Assembly: GCA_963768425.1 (NCBI GenBank)
Contig: CAVYHV010000014.1
Location: 32,001 to 96,000, forward strand
Direction of reading: 5' to 3'
Source: Candidatus Bathyarchaeota archaeon
GTDB lineage: Archaea > Thermoproteota > Bathyarchaeia > Bathyarchaeales > Bathycorpusculaceae
DNA length: 64,000 bases
The notes under the pieces are model-generated. The model saw only the letters and a program-made list of their open reading frames with translations, ran no database searches and had not been told where the DNA came from. Below are positions 11,643-22,182 of the stretch, piece after piece (the first letter of the stretch is position 1; every line of letters begins with the position of its first letter). The position numbers and the translations under genes were made by a program.

Positions 11643-12632
11643 TTAGGCCTGATCATAATAAGGGCGCTTATTCTTCAACACTGAATAACAGCACATCAAC
11701 AACTTACGAGCTGCCGCCACAGTAGCAGCTCTTCTTCCTCTTCTTTCTGCTATTCCCTGATACGCCCTCGTTATGGAAGTATTGTACTTGTGAACATGCG
11801 TCTGAGCGGCTTCCACCATTACCCAACGCAGCCAACGGCTGCCCTCCTTAGTGATCCCGCCATGCCTAACCACCCCACCAGAAGCATGAGTAGACGGCAC
11901 CAAACCAGCATAACCACAAAGCCTCTCACCAAACGGAAAACGGTTAACATCGCCAATCTCACTCTTCACTAGCAACGCAGAATAATAACCAATTCCTGGA
12001 ACAGTCATCAAAAGTTTAACATCTTCATCTTCCTTAGCCAAACCCTCAAGCTGCCTAGAAAGCACTTTTATTTCCTCATCAAAAATGTCCATGATCCTAA
12101 GATAAGAATCAACAGACTCAAACTTCAAAGAGCCCAACCACTCAACACCTTTCCTAGAGAATAAACCATGTTCAGAAGGCCACTTGATTCCTTCATACGT
12201 CAGAAAACTCTTAATCTTCACACGAAGTTTGACACGTTCTCGAACCAAGAAAGCCCTTCGCCTCACTTTCTCTCTCAAATCCGACGTTTCTTTGCTTGGC
12301 ACGTATGCAAGCGGCAACGCATCCAACCTCGCCAATTCAGCAATAACCTTGGAATCAACCCGGTCGCTTTTAATCCTAGCCTCCGCAATGTAACGAGTCT
12401 TCTTAGGATGAGAAACCACAACATCAAATCCCTCGCCCGCCAGTTGCCTATAAAGCGATGCTACAGAAGTTGAAGCTTCCATCGCCACCTTGCCCACCTT
12501 AAAGTGAGACAAATACGACAGCACCTTCTCGTTGGTCATTCTCATCTGGTTGATTATTTTTCCTTCAGAATTCAAAATAGTCGCATAAGTACTATCCTTA
12601 TGCACATCCAACCCACAAACAACGGCGCTCAT
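11643..12632 (-). CDS. IS110 family transposase (DEDD RuvC-like + serine domain)
   Basis: GLDVHK, AMEAS, KSDRVDS, TVPGIG, GYAGLVPSTHASGG; probable start ATG 12632 (MSAVVCGLD). Confidence 0.95.
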   Translation of the reverse strand: MSAVVCGLDVHKDSTYATILNSEGKIINQMRMTNEKVLSYLSHFKVGKVAMEASTSVASLYRQLAGEGFDVVVSHPKKTRYIAEARIKSDRVDSKVIAELARLDALPLAYVPSKETSDLREKVRRRAFLVRERVKLRVKIKSFLTYEGIKWPSEHGLFSRKGVEWLGSLKFESVDSYLRIMDIFDEEIKVLSRQLEGLAKEDEDVKLLMTVPGIGYYSALLVKSEIGDVNRFPFGERLCGYAGLVPSTHASGGVVRHGGITKEGSRWLRWVMVEAAQTHVHKYNTSITRAYQGIAERRGRRAATVAAARKLLMCCYSVLKNKRPYYDQA

Positions 12633-13045
12633 AGTATGGCGTGAGCGCCGCCCGCCCTTAACACTTCCCATACCATCAGTCTCCTTCAGGCGCGAATCCA
12701 CGTATAAATTTCTCTGCTAACTGGTTCTTATTTATGCATTTAGTGTTTTCATGTTTTTCTTTTATGTGCCATGCTAAAGACCCGACTCCGCACCTTTTGG
12801 ATGAAGGGGGCGAACAAGAGAGGAACTTGAGCGGTTGCTCGCTTAAATTTCAGCGCAGAGATAGAAATTTTCGGCTAAGCGAGTTAGTTGGCACACTTTG
12901 TTTTTGGCCAAATTCTTCACTATTCATATGTTGGTGTTTAATTGCAACAACAAATGGATAAATCTGCCAACACGACTTTCTTGTTTGAATAATCTTAAGA
13001 ATCAACTTTTGAGAAAATCTTTGCAAGAGGAGCTTATTGTAAACG

Positions 13046-14083
13046 TTGGAACATGCAAAGCAAGATCTTGAAACCAAAACTGCAATTTCGAGGCATGGCA
13101 TCAAGGACCAGCAGATCTTTATTGAATGCGAGTGCGGAGCCAAAATACTGCTAACGCCTTCCTTGAATGCCATGAACCGTGCTATCGAAGCCCATGTTAC
13201 GTGGCACAAAAGAATGGAGAAGGTCGACAGAAAAAGAGCCAGCCATCTACGCCAAGTTTTGGCTGATCAAGCAATAGAGAAAGCAACTCAACTTGCGATA
13301 CTCACCGAACGCAAAAAAATGCAAGTTGAACTCGAGGAATATGCCAAGCATTTGGAAGAGCTTCTCATAGAACGAACTGAAAAACTAAAATCCGCTGAGC
13401 GATTAATAGCCATCGGCGAAACGGCAGGCATGGTCGGGCATGACATCCGTAACCCATTGCAAGCAATAACTGGCGATGTTTTCTTGGCTAAAACAGATTT
13501 AACGGCAATTCCTGAAAGTGAAGAGAAAAAGAACATACAAGAAAGCCTGTCGGAAATTGAGAAAAACGTAGATTACATCAACAAGATTGTGGCGGACCTG
13601 CAAGATTTTGCCAGACCTCTTAAACCAAACGCCGAAGAAACCGACATAAAACGCATAATTGACGAGTTATTGAAGAAGAACGGTTTGCCAGAGAACGTTA
13701 AAGTAAGTGTCAAAGTAAAAAATGACGCCCAAAAAGTTGTGGCTGACCCTACTTTCATAAATCGTATTATGTACAATTTGGTGACGAATGCGGTTCAAGC
13801 CATGCCTAAAGGCGGAAAACTAACCATCCACACCTACAAAGAAGCAAATGACGTTGTAATAGCCGTTAAGGATACTGGCGTTGGCATTCCTGAAGCAGTA
13901 AAAGGCAAATTGTTCACGCCAATGTTCACCACAAAGTCTAAAGGTCAAGGCTTCGGATTGGCAGTTATTAAGCGAATGACCGAATCATTGGGCGGCACCG
14001 TCTCCTTCAAGAGCCAAGAAGGCAAAGGAACGACCTTTAAGATACGTTTGCGCCAAAGGCCCCTCGCGAATGAGAGGGCTTAG
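13046..14083 (+). CDS. sensor histidine kinase with N-terminal CxC...HxxxH putative Zn-binding segment
   Basis: H-box GMVGHDIRNPL, N-box NLVTNAVQAM, DTGVGI, GQGFGL. Confidence 0.9.
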   Translation: MEHAKQDLETKTAISRHGIKDQQIFIECECGAKILLTPSLNAMNRAIEAHVTWHKRMEKVDRKRASHLRQVLADQAIEKATQLAILTERKKMQVELEEYAKHLEELLIERTEKLKSAERLIAIGETAGMVGHDIRNPLQAITGDVFLAKTDLTAIPESEEKKNIQESLSEIEKNVDYINKIVADLQDFARPLKPNAEETDIKRIIDELLKKNGLPENVKVSVKVKNDAQKVVADPTFINRIMYNLVTNAVQAMPKGGKLTIHTYKEANDVVIAVKDTGVGIPEAVKGKLFTPMFTTKSKGQGFGLAVIKRMTESLGGTVSFKSQEGKGTTFKIRLRQRPLANERA

Positions 14084-14199
14084 AGAGAACACAAATTAAG
14101 ATTCTTATTTTTTTATATGTTCTGATGATTAGCTTAAACCAAACAAACTTTCTCCCTCATGTACCCCCAAATTTTTGGGGGCTTTGGTTATCTCGGGAA

Positions 14200-14544
14200 C
14201 TATGGAGATTCCAAAAGAATATCTTTCCCTTCAACTTTCACTGAAAAGACTGGTTCATCTTTGATTTTTGGGTGAATCAAAGGAACCTTTGGACCGGAAA
14301 TTACTTTGCCGGTTGTAACGTCAAACTTTGACTTATGCTTTGGACAGGTTACAATATTTTCTTCCAATGTTCCTTTACCAAGTTCGCCGCTCATGTGTGT
14401 GCACCTATTTCCAATGGCGTAATAAGCGCCCTTTACGTTGGCTACCAAAACTTCTTTTTCGCCAAGTTTTACAGCCTTCATTTGCCCCACAGGTATCTCT
14501 GAGGTTTCCGCAACTTTAACAAAAGTCAATCCTTCCAACTCCAA
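14200..14544 (-). CDS. Rieske-type (non-heme iron oxygenase) ferredoxin
   Basis: CTH...CPKH motif, SKFDVTTG. Confidence 0.9.
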   Translation of the reverse strand: MELEGLTFVKVAETSEIPVGQMKAVKLGEKEVLVANVKGAYYAIGNRCTHMSGELGKGTLEENIVTCPKHKSKFDVTTGKVISGPKVPLIHPKIKDEPVFSVKVEGKDILLESP

Positions 14545-15133
14545 TCTTCATTATCTTCTAATTCTAAACTTCTTTAAAAACTCCAATTGCTTACTACCGA
14601 ACAAGCCTCTTCCCTCTATGGGGTAAGTTTTCGGAAGGCTTGGGTTTGCCTATACAATCTGGCCCCTATGAGAGAAAATTCTGAAGCCGTTTGGAGTTTG
14701 TTCAGGTTTCTACCAATGGCTCGCAAGCAGGCATCAAAAATTCAACCTTAGGTTGCCCCTTCTTTGTTTGCGCGAGTTCTTTGAGATCTTCGGCTTGCAT
14801 GTTTGGAAGGTTACACATAGCTCATCAAGAAATTATCCGCGTTTTTGGCTATTATCATTTTGTGCGTGTGATATTACAACAACAATCCCGAGAAGAACGC
14901 AGGCATACCAAAATACAGGTACAATGTTGGCGCAATCACGCCGAAACCTCAGCGCTATTTTGTTTCTTTTTATATTTGAAACTTGAATTTCAGGCGTCAC
15001 TATCAGTGTCTGTTGACCGTGTTCATGAAGTTGCTCGAAAAAAAAGGAAGAGGAAAAATTGACTGAGCGCCGCCAAGCTTCAACATTAATCGATGTATTG
15101 TTTTTTCGGGGCAAATTTCTGAGGAGAAATAAA

Positions 15134-15547
15134 TTAGCTGTCGCATTTGGAACCATTCGTATCTTCTGGTTTTGCCTCTGCAGTTGAACCCTTTTGATTC
15201 GCATCAGCCTGAAACGCTTGCCACTCGTCTATCAGCTTTTCAAGGTTTGCAAAATCTTCGTTAAATTGACGCTCATCATATCCTTTGGATAGGCTGCTCA
15301 TCACCATTCCAATGTTACTTGCTATTTGGGCCCACATTTGTCGCTCTTTAGGAGTTATATACTGCAATTTGTCTCCAACTTGTTGCTGGTCTATTTTTCC
15401 TTTAGCAATTGCAGTGGCGGTGTCAAACAAGTTGTCTAGTTCAGTTAGCCATTTGTTTCTTAATCCTTGCATGTCGAGCCTTATGTTTTCGTGAACATTG
15501 TAAATGCGCCGTTCAATCTGAAGACCGTAATTTGGTTTATGCCTCAT
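15134..15547 (-). CDS. hypothetical helical protein
   Basis: 137-aa ORF with GGAGGTGA SD just upstream. Confidence 0.7.
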   Translation of the reverse strand: MRHKPNYGLQIERRIYNVHENIRLDMQGLRNKWLTELDNLFDTATAIAKGKIDQQQVGDKLQYITPKERQMWAQIASNIGMVMSSLSKGYDERQFNEDFANLEKLIDEWQAFQADANQKGSTAEAKPEDTNGSKCDS

Positions 15548-15876
15548 TTTTTGTCACCTCCCCTCCGCCAGTTTTCATGAATTGCGGGAAAACAAAAGAT
15601 GGAAAACGCAGAAAAACAATGATGCGGCAAAGCGAATAATGGAAAAAACGAAAAATTTATCGTTAGTTTTTCAGCCCATTTTTTTGCCTTTCGCCCTCCG
15701 CTGTTCGCCTCTTTTTGCGGCAAAGCAAGGGGCACTTTTACAAGAAAGGCAGGTTGTAGCATGGGTAAACGGTGCGTTTGAGCTTAAAAATTTTCTGGCA
15801 TCAACAAAAGACACTGTCGTTTGTGTAGAGAAATAGCTTTATATAGGGGTGATTTCGAAAACCGAGCTTGGATCAT

Positions 15877-16161
15877 TCATGCTGGTTCAATCGTCACGTC
15901 TAAGGGTGAACCTGTAGATTTTCCTTCTTCCGCATGCATGAGGTTTAGCGCCAATTTCGGAATCGTTATGCGGCCATCTTTGCGCATTTTGGTGTAAAAG
16001 AACTGCCAGCCCATGTGCGTACCCAAAAAATTAACGCCTATTTTTAAAGCTTGGTCGCCGTCAATTTTAAAACGCCATCGGATTAACTTTGGAATTTGTA
16101 CTTTGTTTAAGCTTTCAAGTGTTGTTGTGAAGGAAACTTTTTCTGTTAACGGCATACACAT
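15877..16161 (-). CDS. AbrB/SpoVT-like (tandem swapped-hairpin) DNA-binding protein
   Basis: Two AbrB-like motifs, NKVQIPKLIR and DGRITIPKLAL. Confidence 0.65.
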   Translation of the reverse strand: MCMPLTEKVSFTTTLESLNKVQIPKLIRWRFKIDGDQALKIGVNFLGTHMGWQFFYTKMRKDGRITIPKLALNLMHAEEGKSTGSPLDVTIEPA

Positions 16162-16190
16162 TCAAGCTTTCTGCAGCGTGTACTTAAGCA

Positions 16191-16270
16191 TTTAGAGTCG
16201 AAACTAGTCTTTCCGAGTCTTAACTAGTCATTCCAAGTCTAATCTAGTCAATTACAGTCATTTGGAGTCG
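16191..16270 (+). repeat. 8 x 10-bp phased array with invariant AGTC core
   Basis: tttagAGTCg aaactAGTCt ttccgAGTCt taactAGTCa ttccaAGTCt aatctAGTCa attacAGTCa tttggAGTCg. Confidence 0.9.
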
Positions 16271-16419
16271 CAACCTGCAAATGATCCAGACCCTAAACCA
16301 AAAAAACAACCCAAAACAAACTGAACAAAAAATATCCTGAAGCCCAAAGGATAACAACTCAACCTGACATCCAACAGAAAAAGTTATAGCTCTAGCGAAG
16401 ATAATTAAGTTGTGGTTCT

Positions 16420-16851
16420 ATGCAGTTTTTTACTGTGACAGACAAATCGAATGTTAGTCATAAAATTCTCGCTGTACCTTTAACCGGCGAGGAAATGAAT
16501 GAACTAATGTCTGAGTGCAAAACGTGTATGCCTTCAATCTACGTTTCATCTATGGTTCAAAACGGACACCCATACGTAATAATTGACTTTGGAGCTGGCG
16601 GCTCCTACAAAACAGCTTTGGCGCTTGACGAGGAGTCTGAAGACGGCCACAAAATCGGTGACGAATTAGAAATTGGGGATCTGTTAACCGTTATTTTAAC
16701 CTCGAAGTCCAAAGCAGTTAAAGTTTCCAAAGACAAAGTATACTTAAACGTGCCTTTATCGGAAGTGTTGGCGTTCAGTTTCCTCTTCACAGCTGACATG
16801 GCGGAGAATTACGCGGTCTTCAAAATGTACAAGCAGCCAAAAGGCGAATAA
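16420..16851 (+). CDS. hypothetical protein
   Basis: 143-aa ORF preceded by BRE/TATA-like AAAAGTTATAG. Confidence 0.65.
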   Translation: MQFFTVTDKSNVSHKILAVPLTGEEMNELMSECKTCMPSIYVSSMVQNGHPYVIIDFGAGGSYKTALALDEESEDGHKIGDELEIGDLLTVILTSKSKAVKVSKDKVYLNVPLSEVLAFSFLFTADMAENYAVFKMYKQPKGE

Positions 16852-17036
16852 ACCAGCCAGATTAACCTCGTTCCGATAATTCATTCTTGCGGATAATGAG
16901 GCGACTCAAGGCTCTTTCAAATGGTCGTTCTAAAAACACGCTGTCTTGCTTTTTGGGTTTCAACTCGAGGTGAACCGAAGCCTTTGGGATAAAAAACTTT
17001 TTAAACACATACTGCAATCATTCTTTCCGAACCTAC

Positions 17037-17608
17037 ATGATACCAAAAGCATTCTTTTTCACAAAAGGAGTTGGCAAACACAAAGAGCAACTTCAATCTT
17101 TCGAATTAGCCCTCAGAGACGCAGGCATCCAAATGTGCAACCTCGTAAGCGTATCTAGCATCGTTCCCCCAGGATGCGAACAGCTAACCTGCGAGAAAGG
17201 CCTCAAAATGGTTCAGCCCGGCGAAATAACCTTCGTCGTCATCGCCCGCAACTCCACCAACGAACCCCACAGGCTTGTAGCTTCATCAATCGGCGTCGCC
17301 ATTCCATCCGGCAAAAACCAGTACGGTTACCTCTCTGAGCATCACTCATACGGACAAACAGACGAGACCGCAGGCGACTACGCGGAAGACTTGGCAGCAA
17401 CGATGCTTGCAACAACCATGGGCATCCAGTTTGACCCAGAAACCGCTTGGGACGAACGCAAACAACTCTTCAAAACCACCGGGCTCATAATCAAAACAGC
17501 CAACATAACCCAGAGCGCAGCAGGAGACAAAAAGGGCTTTGGACAACAACCGTCGCAGCAGCCGTCTTCGTACCAGAAAACAACAAACCAAAAGAACCAA
17601 CCGCCTAA
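17037..17608 (+). CDS. pdaD: pyruvoyl-dependent arginine decarboxylase (frameshift near 17530)
   Basis: [11 protein letters not shown]...[11 protein letters not shown] self-cleavage motif, YGYLSEHH; alternate frame gives [14 protein letters not shown]...TAA at 17608. Confidence 0.9.
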
Positions 17609-17731
17609 GCCAAGCATTTTGGCACCGTTTTTTGTTATCTTTTTAAAATTCTAATCTCTTTTAAATGAATCTTTCACTCTCAGCGTTGAATGTTATTGTC
17701 TGGTTAGGTCTTGTCGAAATCATAAGCTTTA

Positions 17732-17771
17732 GTCAAGAAACTTTGACTAACTTTAGTCAAGAAAGCTTAAC
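17732..17771. promoter_or_regulatory. two GTC-N10-GAC/AAC palindromic sites abutting BRE/TATA
   Basis: GTCAAGAAACTTTGAC (17732-17747) and GTCAAGAAAGCTTAAC (17756-17771), then CGAAAACACTATTTAA. Confidence 0.55.
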
Positions 17772-17824
17772 GAAAACACTATTTAACCGTGACCAACGCC
17801 TAAGAGTTGTAGAAGGAAACGGGA

Positions 17825-19285
17825 ATGAAGAAGAGCTGTTTAGGGTTATTAATTCTGGTTTTAATCACGTCTTCCTTGGTTTTAGGCGGCGCCGGGAATC
17901 TTGCCAAAGCCCAATCGGGTGTTAACGTGAGCACAGTAATAAGTGAAGACACTACCTGGACACTGGCAAACAGCCCCTACAATATTACGGGAAATGTTTT
18001 GGTAAATAGCGGAGCAACCTTGACGCTGTCGGCAGGAACCACATTAAACCTGAACGGCTACATGGTGGTAACTGGCTCACTCATAGTTCAGCCCGGAGTT
18101 ACAATAAACATAGTGAACGCGAGCGGCTACATCCAAGTTGACGGTAGCCTATTTGCAGTGGGAACAAGTTCCGAACCCATCCAAATCATCGGCACCGCAG
18201 GAACATATACGATGGGGTTGATAAGCGGCACATTTTACCCCTCAATAACCTTCAGCCGCGGTAGCACAGGTTGGAATCCGCAGACCTCCTCAGGATCCAC
18301 CATACAGAACACCGTCTTAAGCTCCGTCATCTTCAGCGTTTCTTCCTCTGTGGAGCTATCAAACGACATTTTCAACAATGGATTATCGCTAGAGGGCAAC
18401 TCTCCCGTAGTCACCAACTGCAAAATTGAGTTGGGAATAGGTGTCACTGGCGGGGCACCCATCATTGCAGGAAATACCATATCGGGAGGCATAACAATAA
18501 ACGGGGAATCATACGAAAGCCTTCAGACCACATACATCGAAAACAACGTTATCTCAGGAAACCCCGCGGAATCGACGGCAGGAATCACCTTTCTGGAAAG
18601 TGTGCCCACTGGCGCCGTTATAATCGAAAGAAACACGATAGGCACGGGAACCCTTGACGGAATCGACTTCGCAATCGCCGACAACTACAAATGCCCCGTC
18701 TTCATAGAAAACAACACCATCGCAAACAACAGTGTCGGCATAGACCTTCATTACGGGTACCCTGAATCTGTCAGCGCCAACAACATCTACAACAACGCAG
18801 TAAACGTAAAGGTGGACAACAACCATTCCTTCAACTGCTCAAACAACTGGTGGGGAACAACCGACCCGACAGAGATCAGCAAATCAATCCACGACTTCAA
18901 AAACGATTTCACCCTAGGCACAATCACCTTTGAGCCCTTCTTGGAAACTCAGAACCCAGAAGCCACTCCAAACCCTAGCCTTCCAGTGCCGACGCCGAGC
19001 CCAACGCTTCCACCGCATGTGTACACTCCGTCTAACTCAACGATGCCTTTGACACCGATACACCTGCAGACGGGACAGGCATTTCCAATGAGCAACTACA
19101 CGGCTCCAACTGCTCCCGCCAGTAGCCAAAACCCACATGCCTCCAGAAGCCTTAGCATTTCGGCGACGGGATTTTTGGTGATCATCGGGGTCTTGTTAGG
19201 TGTGATTGCCGGCTTCGTAGTGGCCGTTGTTGTTCTCTTGCGTAGGGCTAGAAAAGCAGCTCCAGCGGCCGAGTCAAAACTTTAG
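17825..19285 (+). CDS. membrane-anchored surface protein with right-handed beta-helix repeats
   Basis: Signal peptide, DTTWTLANSPY, repeated IxxNxI, NNWWGTTD, Pro/Thr linker, C-terminal TM. Confidence 0.85.
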   Translation: MKKSCLGLLILVLITSSLVLGGAGNLAKAQSGVNVSTVISEDTTWTLANSPYNITGNVLVNSGATLTLSAGTTLNLNGYMVVTGSLIVQPGVTINIVNASGYIQVDGSLFAVGTSSEPIQIIGTAGTYTMGLISGTFYPSITFSRGSTGWNPQTSSGSTIQNTVLSSVIFSVSSSVELSNDIFNNGLSLEGNSPVVTNCKIELGIGVTGGAPIIAGNTISGGITINGESYESLQTTYIENNVISGNPAESTAGITFLESVPTGAVIIERNTIGTGTLDGIDFAIADNYKCPVFIENNTIANNSVGIDLHYGYPESVSANNIYNNAVNVKVDNNHSFNCSNNWWGTTDPTEISKSIHDFKNDFTLGTITFEPFLETQNPEATPNPSLPVPTPSPTLPPHVYTPSNSTMPLTPIHLQTGQAFPMSNYTAPTAPASSQNPHASRSLSISATGFLVIIGVLLGVIAGFVVAVVVLLRRARKAAPAAESKL

Positions 19286-20202
19286 TGTCGCTGAGCAGGA
19301 AAGATGTTTTTCCAGCCTTCAATGCGGTCCAGATATTCTTGAACGGGTTGGCCACCATAAGTTCTAAGTTTTTCTATCAGTTGAGTCTGGGCAATTGCTT
19401 CTTTCTGGAAGTCTCGGATTTGGCTAGCGCCGTCAGTGAGATAAAGAAATCCGTCGGTTCCTGCCCTTGCGCAACGTGTACTAACTGTGAGTAGTTCTTG
19501 AGTTGTCGGTACGTCTTTAGGGTTGTCGCCTGGACCATACATGTAGAAGGCGATGTAGAAGGGCTTCTTGAGAAGTTTCTTGAATGCGCGTGACAGCATT
19601 TCCCAGTACCAAGGGGTAGCGTAGTTTTTGCTAAACATCACAACGCAAAATTTGTCCGCGTACTTGGCGAAGTCATCGAAATCTACGCCGTAACGTTCCA
19701 GCGAACTAACTGGATCAGGCTGAATGCACAGCACAAGCTCTTTTTTGACGCGCTCTCGGATTTGTGCGATGTAGTTGGTGACTTCCTGTCTTCGCCATTC
19801 GACCCAGCTTAAACCACTTTTTCCCCAAAGTTCTTGGCATCGGGGGCAGGTGCAGTGTCCATGGTCTGCAAAGTACTGGCTGTTAGCCAAATACCCTGAG
19901 ATTGAGAGTCAACTTCCGCAATGTAGTTCAACTGTTCAGCCCGATGCTCTGGCTGCGTGGCGCAAACTACGTCCCAGAAAATGTTAAAATTGTTGTTCCC
20001 CATTTTAGCTGGTCCCAGCGGCGACTGCGAAATCCAGTCGGGGTGATTCCGCACAGCTACATTGTCTGCGAAAACAGCGATGTTGCTGTACATGTCCTGC
20101 ACTGGCTGAAGTCTCAGCCCAGTTTCAGTTTTCACACGCAGAACATGAAAGTCAAATCCCTCTGCTTTTTCAGGCTGGAAGGTGATATGTTCCGAGTTTC
20201 AT
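19282..20202 (-). CDS. putative glycoside-hydrolase-like protein with CxCxxC motif (two frameshifts)
   Basis: Fragments 19809-20135 and 19282-19890 join; ATG at 20202 (MKLGTY); HPDWI...VCATQPEHR, HCTCPRC, YGVDFDDFAKYAD. Confidence 0.55.
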
Positions 20203-20615
20203 TTGGAGTGCCTTTTCCAGCCAAAGAAGCGGTTGAAAAGTAAATAAGGGTTTTGTGCACACGCAAAAGATGGAGAGTTTTGTTTTTTTAGCTGTTCGGC
20301 ACAAACAGCCAGGTGTATGTTATAGGTTCTGTGGTTTTTAATTGAACGTGTATATTTGTGCAATTGCAGCATAATCGAAGGTTTTTCCATGGGTTACAAA
20401 CTTCAAGTTTAAGCCCGAATTTTGAACGTTTTTTTAGCATAAGGGCTGGTTGCGAATTAAAAATTGGATGAACATAATGTAAAAGGCAGATTGAATCGAC
20501 AAGTGCCCAAACCAAATCAACAACATGTTTCATATGCACAGCTTTTAAATATAACTAGGTGTAGCTGTAGAGGTAAAAATCAACTAAGCAAACAATTGTC
20601 GAAAAGGATTGGAAA

Positions 20616-21910
20616 ATGTCAGTCGCAGGAACAGCAGACCCAGGAAGCATCGCATGGGTAATAACCGCAACAGCCCTAGTCATGCTAATGACCCCCGCCT
20701 TAGGATTCTTCTACGGGGGACTAGGTAAGAAGAAAGAACCTCGTATCAACCATCGCACAATGCTTCATAATATTTGCAGTCATAAGCATAGTCTGGGCTC
20801 TATGGGGCTACATGCTCGTCTTTGGCAACGCCTCAAGCACCCACATAATCGGCTTCAGCCCAAGCCTACTAGGCATGAACGGCCTCGGCATCAACGCCAT
20901 CAACACCAAACTTGCCCCCAACATCCCTGAACTACTATACTTCGCATTCCAACTCAAATTCGCAGCCATCACACCCGCATTAATCGTCGGGGCATGCGCA
21001 GAAAGAATACGTTTCAAGTCACTCCTTATCTTCATAGTTCTCTGGTCAACATTTATCTACGCACCAATAGCCTGCTGGGTTTGGAACCCTAGCGGTTGGC
21101 TCCATAACTTGGGCGCAATCGACTTTGCAGGAGGCATTGTCGTACACATTTCATCAGGTATCTCAGCATTAGCAGCGGCGCTTGTTGTGGGACGAAGAAA
21201 AGGATGCGCTGTCCCATGGCAAAATCATATGAAAGCATTAGACCAAAAAGACCACGCGACAGAGTTTAAGCCTACAAACATCCCCTATGTCTTGTTGGGT
21301 GCAGCGTTGCTTTGGTTCGGCTGGTTCGGCTTCAACGCAGGCAGCGCATTAGCCGCAAACGGACTTGCTGTCTCAGCATTGGTAACGACAAACTTGGCGG
21401 CAGCCGCAGCAGCAATTAGTTGGATGTTGGCGGACTGGTTCAGGAAAGGGAAGCCTTCAGCAATAGGCATGGCGACAGGTGCGGTCGTTGGACTCGTTGT
21501 AATCACGCCAGCAGCGGGCTACGTCAGTGTAGGGTCAGCCATAATCATTGGCTTGATCGGAGGCGTCATCTCTAACTCGGTGGCCAACTGGAGAGCGGGC
21601 AGATCGCGAATAGACGATGCGTTGGATGTGTTCGCGTGCCACGGCGTTGGGGGAATCTGGGGTTCAATCGCAACTGGAATGTTTGCGTCAGCTGCGATAA
21701 ATGGTGCGAGCGGCTTGATCTTTGGAAACGTGCATCAATTCCTCGTCCAATTAGCGGCGATAGGTGTAGTGGTGCCGTTTGCTTTCTTCGGCTCATACGC
21801 GCTGCTTAAGGTGGTGAACGTGTTTTCGCCGCTGAGGGTTAGCGAGGAAGCGGAAGACGCAGGCTTAGACATGAGCCGAGCACGGCGAAGAAGCCTACCA
21901 GCTAGACTAA
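20616..21910 (+). CDS. amtB: ammonium transporter 1 (frameshifts near 20727 and 21878)
   Basis: [64 protein letters not shown] end. Confidence 0.92.
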
Positions 21911-22182
21911 GCAAACCCAAAACTCTTTTTCTTTTTTGTTCCTATGGGAATTTTCCGTTTTTCAATTTATTTGACAATTTTCAATTTTGTAGGGTTTGTT
22001 TTGGACAATTTCGTTATTCTTAGGCGTTTTTTGGTTGATTGTTTTGTAAATTAAAGTTTTCTGGCATTTGATTGGACATTTGTCGATATTTAACTCTGTA
22101 ATCGATGTAAATGTATAGCTTAAATACTAGTTCGCCGAAATTGGTGAACAAATAAGCTGAATAGAAGCTGTCGAGGGGACAA

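Larger units (their letters stand above)
11452..12674 (-). mobile_element. IS110-family insertion sequence, IS1111-like (terminal inverted repeats, long 3' non-coding end)
   Basis: IRs TATGTGAAGT (11455-11464) and ACTTCCCATA (12663-12672), 9/10 match; ACC core on both sides (11452-11454, 12672-12674); transposase inside. Confidence 0.85.

Noticed and set aside
11466-12734. TCTTATTTA at 11466 and 12726 as an IS target-site duplication
   Set aside because: One copy is inside and one about 50 bp outside the IR-defined ends; IS110-family elements do not make long TSDs
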